Of a stretch of 64,000 nt of DNA, positions 29,013 through 37,825 are shown piece by piece; position 1 is the first letter of the stretch; each line of letters opens with the position of its first letter. The stretch covers positions 246,431 through 310,430 of the forward strand of contig CAYGJY010000002.1 of assembly GCA_964350645.1 (NCBI GenBank), read 5' to 3'. Source of the stretch: an uncultured Candidatus Saccharibacteria bacterium. GTDB taxonomy: Bacteria; Patescibacteriota; Minisyncoccia; Phycocordibacterales; UBA918. Below the pieces are notes generated by a model. That model did not search any database. It was not told the DNA's origin and saw only the letters and a list, made by a program, of their open reading frames with translations. Position numbers and translations under genes: made by a program.

Positions 29013-29133
29013 ACACCATAACGAAACGCCCGACAATCAAGTCCGAAAGTCGGATGATTCGTCGGGCGCGGTGCCCTGGTTTTGATTTTGAGTGCGAGCG
29101 GTCGATGCCGCTCGCCGTCTCTTGCGCGACTGA

Positions 29134-29466
29134 TTATTCAGAAGCTTGCTCGGCAGCTGCTTTTCTTGCTGCCTTCTCATGTTGGGAGGCCACTTCCTCT
29201 GCATCTTTGTGAAGGCAGTGTTGATGCAGACCCGCCATAGTCATTGGAAGCAGGTCCTCGCCAGGTCCCGACAAATCTACCTTCAACTCATCAGTCAGTG
29301 CGAGAATAAGTTCCTGCGCATCGACAGGGGTGAAACCCATGCCTTCCAAAGTAGTGTCAGGACAAGAAGAAATCAGAGCTGGTTGGAAGCGCTTGAGGCC
29401 CTCAAATGCTGCACACGCTTTTGAAAACTGCATTTGAAATTGGGCGATACCCTTAGCAACGCTCAT
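29134..29466 (-). CDS. Hypothetical protein (110 aa).
   Basis: ORF trimmed to 'MSVAKG' with GGAGG SD 8 nt upstream (revcomp of 29467-29483). Confidence 0.45.
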   Translation of the reverse strand: MSVAKGIAQFQMQFSKACAAFEGLKRFQPALISSCPDTTLEGMGFTPVDAQELILALTDELKVDLSGPGEDLLPMTMAGLHQHCLHKDAEEVASQHEKAARKAAAEQASE

Positions 29467-29587
29467 TTTATTATCCTCCGTTTGGGTTGAAGCATATAAT
29501 TCCATATATACATGAGTTTAGCAATGCATTTGAACTAGAAGAGTCACCCGGTATATGCTATTCTACCAGCCACAATCAAATACATAT

Positions 29588-29674
29588 GGAGGGTTGGCTG
29601 AGTGGTCGAAAGCGCTTCACTGCTAACGAAGTAAGGGGTTAAACCCTTCAAGGGTTCGAATCCCTTACCCTCCG
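29588..29674 (+). tRNA. tRNA-Ser (anticodon GCU).
   Basis: Acceptor GGAGGGT/ACCCTCC, long variable arm GTAAGGGGTTAAACCCTTCAAG, T-arm GGGTTCGAATCCC, anticodon loop CTGCTAA; discriminator G. Confidence 0.8.
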
Positions 29675-29707
29675 CATCCTCGAGCTAGCTCGAGACATTA
29701 AATTAAT

Positions 29708-29971
29708 ATGAAAACATATATTATTTCATATGACCTAAGAAAGGTGAGAGATTACGAAGGCCTTTATGCTGCCATAAAATCTTATGGCACGTGGGCTCAC
29801 GTGCTGGAGTCTCTTTGGGCTGTTCATACTTCTAGTTCAGCAAAAGAAATTCGTGAAAATCTACTTTCTTACATGGATTCTGATGACGGTATCTTTATAG
29901 TAAAGTCTGGAGGCGAGGCTGCTTGGAGGAAGGTAATATCAAGGAATGCTTGGTTGAAGAAATATCTATAG
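29708..29971 (+). CDS. Small soluble protein (87 aa) with Cas2/VapD-like predicted beta-alpha-beta topology.
   Basis: 'KTYIISYDL' strand, then '...AAIKSYGTWAHVLESLWAV...' and C-terminal 'DSDDGIFIVK', reminiscent of the Cas2/VapD ferredoxin-like fold; similarity is pattern-level only. Confidence 0.4.
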   Translation: MKTYIISYDLRKVRDYEGLYAAIKSYGTWAHVLESLWAVHTSSSAKEIRENLLSYMDSDDGIFIVKSGGEAAWRKVISRNAWLKKYL

Positions 29972-29975
29972 AATC

Positions 29976-30377
29976 ATGGACACGAATTCTACACAACATG
30001 AATCAGAACATGATAGCAAGGTCCAAGTTAAACGTGGCAAGGTGGATTCGTTGGACGTGTACGAAGTTACAGGGGATGAGTTAGAGCTTATTGAAAGAGG
30101 TTCACCAAATTCATTATATTTAAACTTTTCAATTTTTCTTATCTCAATAGGAACAGCTTTCTTAATCACTTTGCTCACTGTAGACATTGTGCCTATCTCA
30201 AAGATGTTTATAATTTTCACTCTAGTAACCATTGTTGCATTTGTAGTGGGGGTATTCCTATTCATTCTTTGGTATAGAAATCGAAGTTCACTTTCAGGTG
30301 TATTTAGTAAAATTAAGGGACGTATGCAACCAGATTCAATTCCACCAGAATTGAGTAGTGAGACAGAGACCCCATAA
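29976..30377 (+). CDS. Small membrane protein (133 aa) with two adjacent TM helices and acidic/polar termini.
   Basis: Hydrophobic segments 'LYLNFSIFLISIGTAFLITLLTV' and 'IIFTLVTIVAFVVGVFLFILWY'; ATG 5 nt after upstream stop (operon). Confidence 0.45.
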   Translation: MDTNSTQHESEHDSKVQVKRGKVDSLDVYEVTGDELELIERGSPNSLYLNFSIFLISIGTAFLITLLTVDIVPISKMFIIFTLVTIVAFVVGVFLFILWYRNRSSLSGVFSKIKGRMQPDSIPPELSSETETP

Positions 30378-30695
30378 ATATCATATGCTCGAGACACTAT
30401 CAAATCAGAATCTGAAAATAACTAAATTGGTCAAGCAGGGCTTGGCATCACACGGTTCTAACTTGAGACAGCCCGCAAAGCAAATACTGCCGCCGCAAGG
30501 CGGTTTTGTGTTTGTGGAGGCTAAAGTAACAGTCCGGGGGACTGTTGCGTGGGATTCGAAAAGCTTTTGAGTTATTTTCAAGCTAGCGCTGAAAATAGCC
30601 AAAAGGTATACTGTCTATGTAATGGAAGAATCCCTTCCGCATCCTCAAGCTAGCACGAGACACTCTGTTTTTGCTAGTTTTGCTATAATTGATCT

Positions 30696-31814
30696 ATGAA
30701 AAAAACTATTCTTATTGTACTAGCCGGTTGTGTTGCGCTGTTCGTACTTATCGCACTAGCCGGTATGTATAAATTTAATTACCTGGCTTCGCAGCCTGGG
30801 TATGACGTCGATGGAAATAAAATTGAAGCCACCGACACCTTTGAAGTGATTGAGGTTTTAGGTCAGAGTTGCCAGACTACTAGTGACTGCGAAATTCCAG
30901 CCGAGTACGCATTGCAGTCAAATTGTCCCTATGATTCAGTATGTATAGAAAATAGCTGTGCAGTTATTTGCCCGTATCCTTTTTCTGGCAAGAGTACAGC
31001 TGGGTCTGGTTTCCAAAATGCAACATATAGTATCAATGGTGAATCAGTAGTTTTGGTTGATGGTTTTGCTGAAACAGACGCTGCCCCGGGTGCAGCTGCA
31101 AAAATAATCACACGTTATTTTGGTAACGAGGTTCGTACTGATCTCAATGATGATGGTAGAGAAGATGTAGTATTTTTGCTTACGCAAGAGACAGGTGGCA
31201 CTGGGACCTTTTTCTATGCTGTAGCAGCGCTTAATAGAGAGGGCGGTTGGGAGGGCTCCCAAGCGTTTTTCTTAGGAGACAGAATTGCGCCACAAACCAC
31301 GGAAATGAGTCAGAACCCTGATCATAAAAACGTAATTGTGTTCAATTATGCAGATCGAGAAACCAGCCAAGCAATGTCAGAACAGCCAGCAGTCGGTAAA
31401 AGTGTTTGGCTTAAGCTCGATGTAGAGTCGATGACTTTTGGTGAAGTCGCTCAAGATTTTGAAGGCGAAGCTGATCCAGATATCATGGCTCTTGATATGC
31501 AGACCTGGACGTGGGTAAAAACTCAGTACAGTAATGATATTGAATTGGTACCCAATCAGCCAAATACTTTTACTATCACGTTCAATGGTGAGGGATCAGT
31601 TTCGGCAACGACAGACTGTAACGCAATGAGTGGAACGTACGAACTGGATGGAAATCAGATTATATTTGGACCAATAGCGATGACCAAAATGTTTTGCTCA
31701 AATTCGCAGGAGCAGGAATTTGCATCCATGTTAGCTGAAGCGCACTCTTTCTTCTTTACACGAAAAGGAGAACTTATTTTTGAGTTTGATAGGGGCACCG
31801 CTACTTTCCGTTAA
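30696..31814 (+). CDS. Secreted/membrane-anchored protein with Cys-rich region and C-terminal META (HslJ-like) domain.
   Basis: N-terminal signal anchor; C-terminal 'ATTDCNAMSGTYELDGNQIIFGPIAMTKMFC' matches the META domain pattern. Confidence 0.55.
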   Translation: MKKTILIVLAGCVALFVLIALAGMYKFNYLASQPGYDVDGNKIEATDTFEVIEVLGQSCQTTSDCEIPAEYALQSNCPYDSVCIENSCAVICPYPFSGKSTAGSGFQNATYSINGESVVLVDGFAETDAAPGAAAKIITRYFGNEVRTDLNDDGREDVVFLLTQETGGTGTFFYAVAALNREGGWEGSQAFFLGDRIAPQTTEMSQNPDHKNVIVFNYADRETSQAMSEQPAVGKSVWLKLDVESMTFGEVAQDFEGEADPDIMALDMQTWTWVKTQYSNDIELVPNQPNTFTITFNGEGSVSATTDCNAMSGTYELDGNQIIFGPIAMTKMFCSNSQEQEFASMLAEAHSFFFTRKGELIFEFDRGTATFR

Positions 31815-31892
31815 AGACTAGACATATCCACAGCTATATAGCTTAAAATTGTTATACTTGTCGAGTATTTATAATTATATCCACCGATACTC

Positions 31893-32420
31893 ATGAAAAA
31901 AATTCTTTTGATCTCAGGTTCGCTACGCGCAAAATCATTTAACACAGCATTACTTCGTAGTTTTGATGCTAAGTTGGCTGGCCAGGCAGAGGTGGAGTGG
32001 GCGGATATTCAATTGCCACTTTTTAACGAAGAGCTTGAAGCGGATTTCCCAAAATCAGCTGAGGTGTTACGACAACAAATTTTAGCTGCGGATACAATTG
32101 TGATTGCAACTCCAGAATATAATCGAGGTATGACTGGTGTTCTCAAAAACGCTATCGACTGGGCGTCTCGCCCGTACGGTCAAAATGCCTGGAAGGGTAA
32201 AGAGGTGCTCGTCGTGGCAGCGGCGTACGGCATGCCGGGCGGGGCGCTCGCCCTCTATCAGGTGAAGCAAGTATTGCTCCATCTTGGTGCTCATGTGCTT
32301 GGTTCGCCAGAATTTATGGTGGCGCAAGCTCAAAATAAGTTTGATGAGACTGGGGCAATTACTGATGAGTCAACTCGAGATCACGTCACGTCGGCAGTCG
32401 CTGTCCTGCTCCAGGAATAG
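31893..32420 (+). CDS. NADPH-dependent FMN reductase family protein.
   Basis: 'KILLISGSLRAKSFNTAL' flavodoxin-like N-terminus typical of NADPH-dependent FMN reductases. Confidence 0.8.
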   Translation: MKKILLISGSLRAKSFNTALLRSFDAKLAGQAEVEWADIQLPLFNEELEADFPKSAEVLRQQILAADTIVIATPEYNRGMTGVLKNAIDWASRPYGQNAWKGKEVLVVAAAYGMPGGALALYQVKQVLLHLGAHVLGSPEFMVAQAQNKFDETGAITDESTRDHVTSAVAVLLQE

Positions 32421-32430
32421 CGTGTGAAAC

Positions 32431-32856
32431 CTATCTTTCAAGTTTTGACTGCAGATAAAAACGACTACCAATATAGGTCATGATGCTGAGACTAAGAGTA
32501 ATAAGTACGTGAGCGACTAAGAAGCGTCGGGTGAAGGTGTAGAGTTGGTTGAGTAGTTCAAAGTCGTATTCTACGATTGGCATGCCTGAAAAGAGTATTG
32601 AGCCAAGGTGGAAGCTGAAGAGATAGATGGGGATTTGCACAATCGGGTTCCAGATAATCAGCGCGAGGAAAATAGTCGGTCGGTTGATGTGAGGAAAAAG
32701 AAAAATAACTACCAATGCGAGGAGGGCACTAAAACCAAATGTCGGCAACAACGCAATAATAGTGCCGATCGCTAAACCGAGCGCCATGTGATGGGTGGTA
32801 AAGTCGCCGAGTAGTATCTTGGCCCACTCTTGCTTTAGATGACGAGTTAATTTCAT
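32431..32856 (-). CDS. DUF2062-like small membrane protein.
   Basis: 141 aa, 3-4 TM segments, N-terminal basic stretch. Confidence 0.45.
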   Translation of the reverse strand: MKLTRHLKQEWAKILLGDFTTHHMALGLAIGTIIALLPTFGFSALLALVVIFLFPHINRPTIFLALIIWNPIVQIPIYLFSFHLGSILFSGMPIVEYDFELLNQLYTFTRRFLVAHVLITLSLSIMTYIGSRFYLQSKLER

Positions 32857-32912
32857 AGGGTAACAATACCAAAGAATTATAGATTGTGTGTCTACCTTAG
32901 TCAGTTACACAA

Positions 32913-33095
32913 TTGCAAATTGAGAATATCCTGATGGTTGAAGCAATTCTAGCAGCTGCTCTGGTAGGGATTTCATCTCTAATCGGGGCTCTTTTCTTTG
33001 GAAATACTAGACGATTAATCGGTGCACAACGTTATGTGGTGCCGATGGCAGTAGGAGTGTTTTTGAGTTTGGTGTTGTTACAGGGCAGTACGTAA
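32913..33095 (+). pseudogene. Truncated duplicate of the ZIP transporter N-terminus (60 aa).
   Basis: 'SLIGALFFGNTRRLIGAQRYVVPMAVGVFLSLVL' is ~75% identical to residues 14-50 of the ZIP protein at 35633-36436, then stops. Confidence 0.5.
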
Positions 33096-33224
33096 TTTTG
33101 TAATAAGAATCTTTGGGCGTTGTAGTAAAGGGTGAGGCAGAGGTGTTATATACACGAATGACGCTGCTTCACCAACACTCCTTTGCAAAGAGTAGCACTA
33201 TTACTTATCTATTACGTACACACT

Positions 33225-33728
33225 ATGATTAAACACATTATGATCCCGGTAGCAGCATTCGCTGTTACAGTGACCGGAGCGAGCGCATTTAATAGCGACA
33301 TGCTCGAAAAACTCGATATCAATCTAACTGACACACAGATTTCTGCGCTCGAAGAAGCTCATGAATTGAAGCAAGCTGGAGCAGAGCGTGAAGACGTCAA
33401 GGCAGTAATTGAAGCGGCTGGTCTTGACCGCGACGATCTGAAAGAGATTCGCCAAAGAATGCACGAAGTCCGAAAAGAAAATCGTGCGGCAGTGAAAGCA
33501 GCAGTAGAAGCAAATGATTACAACGCATTCACTGATGTTGCTCCAGAGAAATTGACTGACGCGATTGATTCAGCAGCCGATTTTGCCAAGTTAGTAGAAG
33601 CGCATGAATTGAGAGAAGCTGGTGACAAGGAAGGGGCAAAAGAAATTATGGCTGAACTAGGAATTGAAAAGCCAGAGCGTGGCGGCCACAAGGGTGGAAT
33701 GCACGGCGAACGACCAGAACAGAACTAA
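33225..33728 (+). CDS. Secreted helical protein with duplicated 'LxxxQ / EEAHELKQAG' motifs (CpxP/ZraP/Spy-like candidate).
   Basis: Signal peptide 'MIKHIMIPVAAFAVTVTGASA'; internal repeat EEAHELKQAG / VEAHELREAG; 'LTDTQISAL' LTxxQ-like. Confidence 0.4.
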   Translation: MIKHIMIPVAAFAVTVTGASAFNSDMLEKLDINLTDTQISALEEAHELKQAGAEREDVKAVIEAAGLDRDDLKEIRQRMHEVRKENRAAVKAAVEANDYNAFTDVAPEKLTDAIDSAADFAKLVEAHELREAGDKEGAKEIMAELGIEKPERGGHKGGMHGERPEQN

Positions 33729-33852
33729 GCTCATCATCGGTGGTCCTGACTTTATAGAGGTCGGCAGTCAGCTGAGAGAGGGGACAAAAGACGCGGCCTG
33801 GCCGCGTCTTTTGTAATATTAAGCTGGCTATGGTGTAGTAGATAGTACACGT

Positions 33853-34425
33853 ATGTCTGACAATACTGATGAACGCGTTGCAGAGGCTGTGCAAGCTGGT
33901 GATGCTGAAGCATTTGGCATACTGATTGAGCGCTATGAAGCAAAACTAAAGCGGTATGCGCGGAAGTTTTTGAACTACCAGGAAGAAATCGAAGATTTGG
34001 TTCAGGATGTATTTATTAAATCTTATACAAACATTCAGTCTTTTGATTCACGACAAAGATTTTCTCCGTGGATTTACCGCATCGCACACAATGCCTTTGT
34101 AAATGAACTTAAGCGTAAGGAGCGGAGGAGCTTTATCTTCTTTGATGCTGACACGATTTTACCGCAGTTGCCAGCCAAAGAAACCACTGACAAAGCAGTG
34201 CTTGATGCTGAGTTGCAGACTGAACTTGACTCGCTGATTGTTGAGCTGCCGGCAAAATATCGTGAGGCCTTGGTCCTGCATTATTATGAAGAACTGAGTT
34301 ATCAAGAAATCAGTGAAGTGCTACAGATACCAGTGACGACAGTCGGTGTTCGTATGAGCCGCGCTCGAGACAAGCTTAAACGTAGCTATGTAGAGAAAAG
34401 AGAGCATAACAACATTAATATATGA
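33853..34425 (+). CDS. ECF-family RNA polymerase sigma factor.
   Basis: Region 2 'DLVQDVFIKSY...FSPWIYRIAHN' and region 4 'LSYQEISEVLQIPVTTVGVRMSRARDKLK'. Confidence 0.85.
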   Translation: MSDNTDERVAEAVQAGDAEAFGILIERYEAKLKRYARKFLNYQEEIEDLVQDVFIKSYTNIQSFDSRQRFSPWIYRIAHNAFVNELKRKERRSFIFFDADTILPQLPAKETTDKAVLDAELQTELDSLIVELPAKYREALVLHYYEELSYQEISEVLQIPVTTVGVRMSRARDKLKRSYVEKREHNNINI

Positions 34426-35165
34426 GTGACACCAAACACGACATTCTTACAAAAATACAATCAGGCGAGGTCGATATGAGGCCGCGCTGGCACTTTGCAC
34501 TCCGTAGCTTACTCTTGATTTTTGGGGTGCTGACGGCAGCATTGATTGTGGTCTATCTGCTCAGTTTTGTACTGTTCGCGCTGCGTCAGAGTGGGGTTGG
34601 ATTTTTCCCGCTGTATGGTTTTCGTGGTTTGAGTGTGTTTGTGATGAGTTCGCCGTGGTTGCTGATTGCTTCAGCTGGTGCTCTGGTCGTGGTCCTGCAA
34701 CTTTTGGTACACAAATATTCATTTAGTTATCGTCAACCTTTGCTGTATTCGGTTGTGGTACTGGTGGGAGTGACATTACTGGGGTCGTATATGATTGGCC
34801 AAAGTCAGTTGCATCAGCACCTTGAGAGTTTTGCCCGTGAACGTACTACCCCGGTGCTTGACCGGTTATACCGTGGCATTGATGAGCGGCAACCAGAAAA
34901 TATTATGTTTGGCACGGTGACCAGTACATCTGACACTGGTTTTGTACTAGTAACTGATCGGGGTGAAGAGTTACAGATAATTGTTTCAAAGCGCACCAGG
35001 CAGCCGCGCCGGCTAGAACACAAAGCAGGAGAGAGAGTAATTGTCTTTGGGGATCGAGACGGAGACAGGGTCGACGCGCTAGGGGTTCGTCCAGCACCAA
35101 ACGATTTTGTCCGAGGTAAACCTCGCCGTGGGGGATCAGAACAACAGCCTGTTCGAATTCAGTAA
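34422..35165 (+). CDS. Membrane protein, putative anti-sigma factor (overlaps sigma gene stop).
   Basis: 4-nt overlap with ECF sigma gene; TM helices; C-terminal extracytoplasmic domain. Confidence 0.4.
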   Translation: MSDTKHDILTKIQSGEVDMRPRWHFALRSLLLIFGVLTAALIVVYLLSFVLFALRQSGVGFFPLYGFRGLSVFVMSSPWLLIASAGALVVVLQLLVHKYSFSYRQPLLYSVVVLVGVTLLGSYMIGQSQLHQHLESFARERTTPVLDRLYRGIDERQPENIMFGTVTSTSDTGFVLVTDRGEELQIIVSKRTRQPRRLEHKAGERVIVFGDRDGDRVDALGVRPAPNDFVRGKPRRGGSEQQPVRIQ

Positions 35166-35172
35166 CTGACTA

Positions 35173-35544
35173 CTAGTTATTTTTGTGAGCTGTGCAGGTT
35201 CCTCGTACCGTCACCTCAATATCATCAATCGTAAAGTGTTCAAGTTGTAAGAGGTCTTTCATTTTTTTGTCAGCGGCTGTGAAGTGAAATACTTTGTTGC
35301 AGTCAGAACAGACCGCGTGATGGTGGGGTTCGGTCTGGTATTCGTAGGTGGTGTTGGTGCCAGAGAAATTGATTGCTTTGATCATTTTTTCTTGGACAAA
35401 TAGATCAAGGCTGCGGTAGATGGTGACGAGGTCAATATCTGGAAGGTGCTCGTGCAGCTCTTTAGCAGTGCATGTGCCGTGGTGGTTTTTGAGCTCATCG
35501 AGAATAGCTTGGCGTTTTTTTGTTAGTTTTATAGACATATGCAA
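35173..35544 (-). CDS. zur: Fur-family metalloregulator, likely Zur.
   Basis: Winged-helix N-terminus, 'HHHAVCSDCNKV' and C-terminal Cys/His metal sites; divergent from ZIP transporter with palindromic boxes between. Confidence 0.75.
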   Translation of the reverse strand: MHMSIKLTKKRQAILDELKNHHGTCTAKELHEHLPDIDLVTIYRSLDLFVQEKMIKAINFSGTNTTYEYQTEPHHHAVCSDCNKVFHFTAADKKMKDLLQLEHFTIDDIEVTVRGTCTAHKNN

Positions 35545-35598
35545 ATGACTTGCATTTTAGCATACGCTTGGTATACTGACAATTGCAAATCATTTGCA
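35539..35598. promoter_or_regulatory. Two Fur/Zur-box-like palindromes in the zur-ZIP divergent intergenic region.
   Basis: 'ATGCAAATGACTTGCAT' (35539-35555, near-palindrome) and perfect 7-1-7 palindrome 'TGCAAATCATTTGCA' (35584-35598). Confidence 0.65.
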
Positions 35599-35632
35599 CT
35601 TATTTCATTTACAATTTTAATATAGTTTAAGT

Positions 35633-36436
35633 ATGTTTGAAGCCTTGCTCGCCGCTGTTGCTGTCGCCGCCACCTCCTTGGTTGGGGCTTTGTTTTTTGG
35701 TAATACAAAAGGTCTTCATGGTGCACAGCGTTTTGTTGTCCCCGTAGCGGTTGGGGTGTTTTTGAGTCTAATTCTGTATGAGTTGATTCCAGAGACCCTG
35801 GCTCAAGCACCTGAGTATGGTGGGCTGGCGGTCGCGTTCGGATTTATTGCTTTTTATATTTTGGCTCAGGTGTTGCACCGTAGATATCATCATCTTGAAG
35901 CAGATGATTGCGATCGTAAAGGAGCGGCCATGCTGCTATTGGTTGGTGACGGTATTCATAATATTGCTGATGGTGTCATCTTAGGAGGGGCGTTTTTGAT
36001 TGATCCGACAGTAGGTATTGCAACAGCAATTGGATTGGCGCTGCACGAGATTCCTCAGGAGATAGTGGAATTTGGTGTGTTGATCCGGGCGGGGTATACC
36101 CGGACACAAGCGATGCTTCGGAACTTTATATCAGCTAGTAGTGTCATTCTTGGTACACTCCTGATCTATGGATTGTCTGAACATGCAGCAGACTATGTGT
36201 GGGTTATCACCGGTGTTGCAGCGGGTAACCTGCTCTTCTTGGCAGCGAGTGATTTGCTCCCACGGATCCACGGTAACTTAAAAAACTACGGTAGTATCTG
36301 GAATGCGTCTATCGCGATTGTAGTTGGGTTTGTGGTTATGACTGGCGTTTTGAATTGGACACACGCTGAGTTTGGTCATGGACATATTGACAGTGAGCAT
36401 GGTACGCATGATACACATGATGGTCACGACCACTAA
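35633..36436 (+). CDS. ZIP-family divalent metal (zinc) transporter, ZupT-like.
   Basis: 'HNIADGV', 'HEIPQE' metal-binding motifs; His-rich C-terminus 'HGTHDTHDGHDH'. Confidence 0.85.
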   Translation: MFEALLAAVAVAATSLVGALFFGNTKGLHGAQRFVVPVAVGVFLSLILYELIPETLAQAPEYGGLAVAFGFIAFYILAQVLHRRYHHLEADDCDRKGAAMLLLVGDGIHNIADGVILGGAFLIDPTVGIATAIGLALHEIPQEIVEFGVLIRAGYTRTQAMLRNFISASSVILGTLLIYGLSEHAADYVWVITGVAAGNLLFLAASDLLPRIHGNLKNYGSIWNASIAIVVGFVVMTGVLNWTHAEFGHGHIDSEHGTHDTHDGHDH

Positions 36437-36448
36437 AATAGTATTGCT

Positions 36449-37177
36449 ATGGAAACTACCTTTTCACTACCAACAGCAGACGACCATCGTATCTACGGAA
36501 CATGTAATTCAGTGTCTAGTTCTAAGGCGATAATTTTGGTACATGGACTAACCGGGTACCAACATGAGCAACACTACATGCGGGCTATTCCTTTTTTCAA
36601 CGCTGCTGGCTTTGATGTAGTGCGGTTTAACTTTTATAGTGATCAACCGAAAGCTCGTACACTGGCTGATTCATCAATTCCACTGCAGACAGAAGACTTG
36701 AATACTGTTATTGAGCATTTTAATCAGCAGTATGAAGAACTGTATGTGGTTGGACATAATCTGGCTGGGCCAGTTATCTTGGGAGCTGATCAGAGTTTGG
36801 TTTCAAGGCTTGTGCTTTGGGATCCAACATCAGGAGTACCTTCAGCAGAAGCCTTGGTTGCTAAAGGTTGTGTGTACGATGAGCGGATTGATCGGTATGT
36901 GTTTAATAGTATTGGACGGGATATTTTGCTTGGGCAGGCAATGGTTGATAGCTGGATTGCCGCAGCAGATGTTAATAGGTATGCAGCCATGGCTGCAAAG
37001 CCACTGAAGGTAATTTTTGCAGGTGAAGATACTAACAAAGATATCTGGATACCATATCTTGATACACTCGAAGTTGAGCATAAGTACACCATTATTGCTG
37101 GTGCAACCCATGGGTTTGTGGAAGAGGGAACACTCGAAAAACTATACGAAGAGACACTGAGTTGGATTGCGTCTTAG
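36449..37177 (+). CDS. Alpha/beta-hydrolase-fold protein with Asn in the nucleophile elbow (GHNLAG).
   Basis: 'AIILVHGL' oxyanion region and 'VVGHNLAGPV' in place of GxSxG. Confidence 0.45.
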   Translation: METTFSLPTADDHRIYGTCNSVSSSKAIILVHGLTGYQHEQHYMRAIPFFNAAGFDVVRFNFYSDQPKARTLADSSIPLQTEDLNTVIEHFNQQYEELYVVGHNLAGPVILGADQSLVSRLVLWDPTSGVPSAEALVAKGCVYDERIDRYVFNSIGRDILLGQAMVDSWIAAADVNRYAAMAAKPLKVIFAGEDTNKDIWIPYLDTLEVEHKYTIIAGATHGFVEEGTLEKLYEETLSWIAS

Positions 37178-37788
37178 TGAGCGAGGGCTAGACAGGTAAT
37201 TGAAGCGGGGCAGTGCGGCGAAAGCGCAGCTTTCGCCGCACTGAGAGTCGCACCAGTGGTGGTGACATCATCGAGTAGTAGTATGTGCTGATTTGTAATG
37301 TGTTGTGTTGGGTCTTTCGCGAGCACAAAAGCACCGTGCACATTTGTCAGTCTTTCTTTACGAGCGAGGGTTGTTTGAGGGGTCGTGTCAACCACACGAA
37401 GCAGTACATCTGTCACGATGGTTATATTTTTCAGATGGGTCATTTTTTCGGTGAGAAGTTCGATTTGGTTGTACCCACGACTACGCTTTCGTTGCTTGGA
37501 TAGAGGTATTGGTAGCACTACATAATTTTTTGTCTGTTGACGCATATAGGTATCAAGTACGGTGGATAGCATATGTATTGCTTGTGAATTGCGATGATAT
37601 TTTAATTCGTGAATACAGGCTCGAACGAGGGGGTTTTGGTAGGGTAGCAGTGCGGCAGCTTCACCAGTGTACGTCGGCTGGACATACTCAAGGAGAGCAG
37701 TGTGTGAGTACTTAGCGATGAAGGCTGCATCAGTGCGCTGGGGGAACAATGAGTCGATTATATTAGTTAGTGTTTGTTTCCAGTGCAT
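37174..37788 (-). CDS. comF: ComF-family phosphoribosyltransferase-domain protein.
   Basis: C-terminal PRTase motif 'ILLLDDVTTTGATL'; 204 aa. Confidence 0.7.
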   Translation of the reverse strand: MHWKQTLTNIIDSLFPQRTDAAFIAKYSHTALLEYVQPTYTGEAAALLPYQNPLVRACIHELKYHRNSQAIHMLSTVLDTYMRQQTKNYVVLPIPLSKQRKRSRGYNQIELLTEKMTHLKNITIVTDVLLRVVDTTPQTTLARKERLTNVHGAFVLAKDPTQHITNQHILLLDDVTTTGATLSAAKAALSPHCPASITCLALAH

Positions 37789-37825
37789 AAACTTAAAACT
37801 CTCATGTTAGAATTATGACACAATC

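Larger units (their letters stand above)
29658..30663. mobile_element. ~1 kb islet bounded by imperfect direct repeats of the tRNA-Ser 3' end (29658-29698 and 30628-30663); integrative-element remnant carrying a 2-gene module.
   Basis: Repeat: 'gaatccctt[accct]ccgcatcctcgagctagctcgagacat' vs 'gaatcccttccgcatcctcaagctagcacgagacac' (5-nt indel, 3 mismatches); enclosed DNA AT-richer; internal terminator 30490-30515; no integrase present. Confidence 0.45.

Noticed and set aside
29134-29466. ACP/PCP-like appearance of the 110-aa minus-strand protein ('LEGMGFTPVDAQELILALTDEL').
   Set aside because: Lacks the phosphopantetheine-attachment Ser (DSL) context; left as hypothetical.
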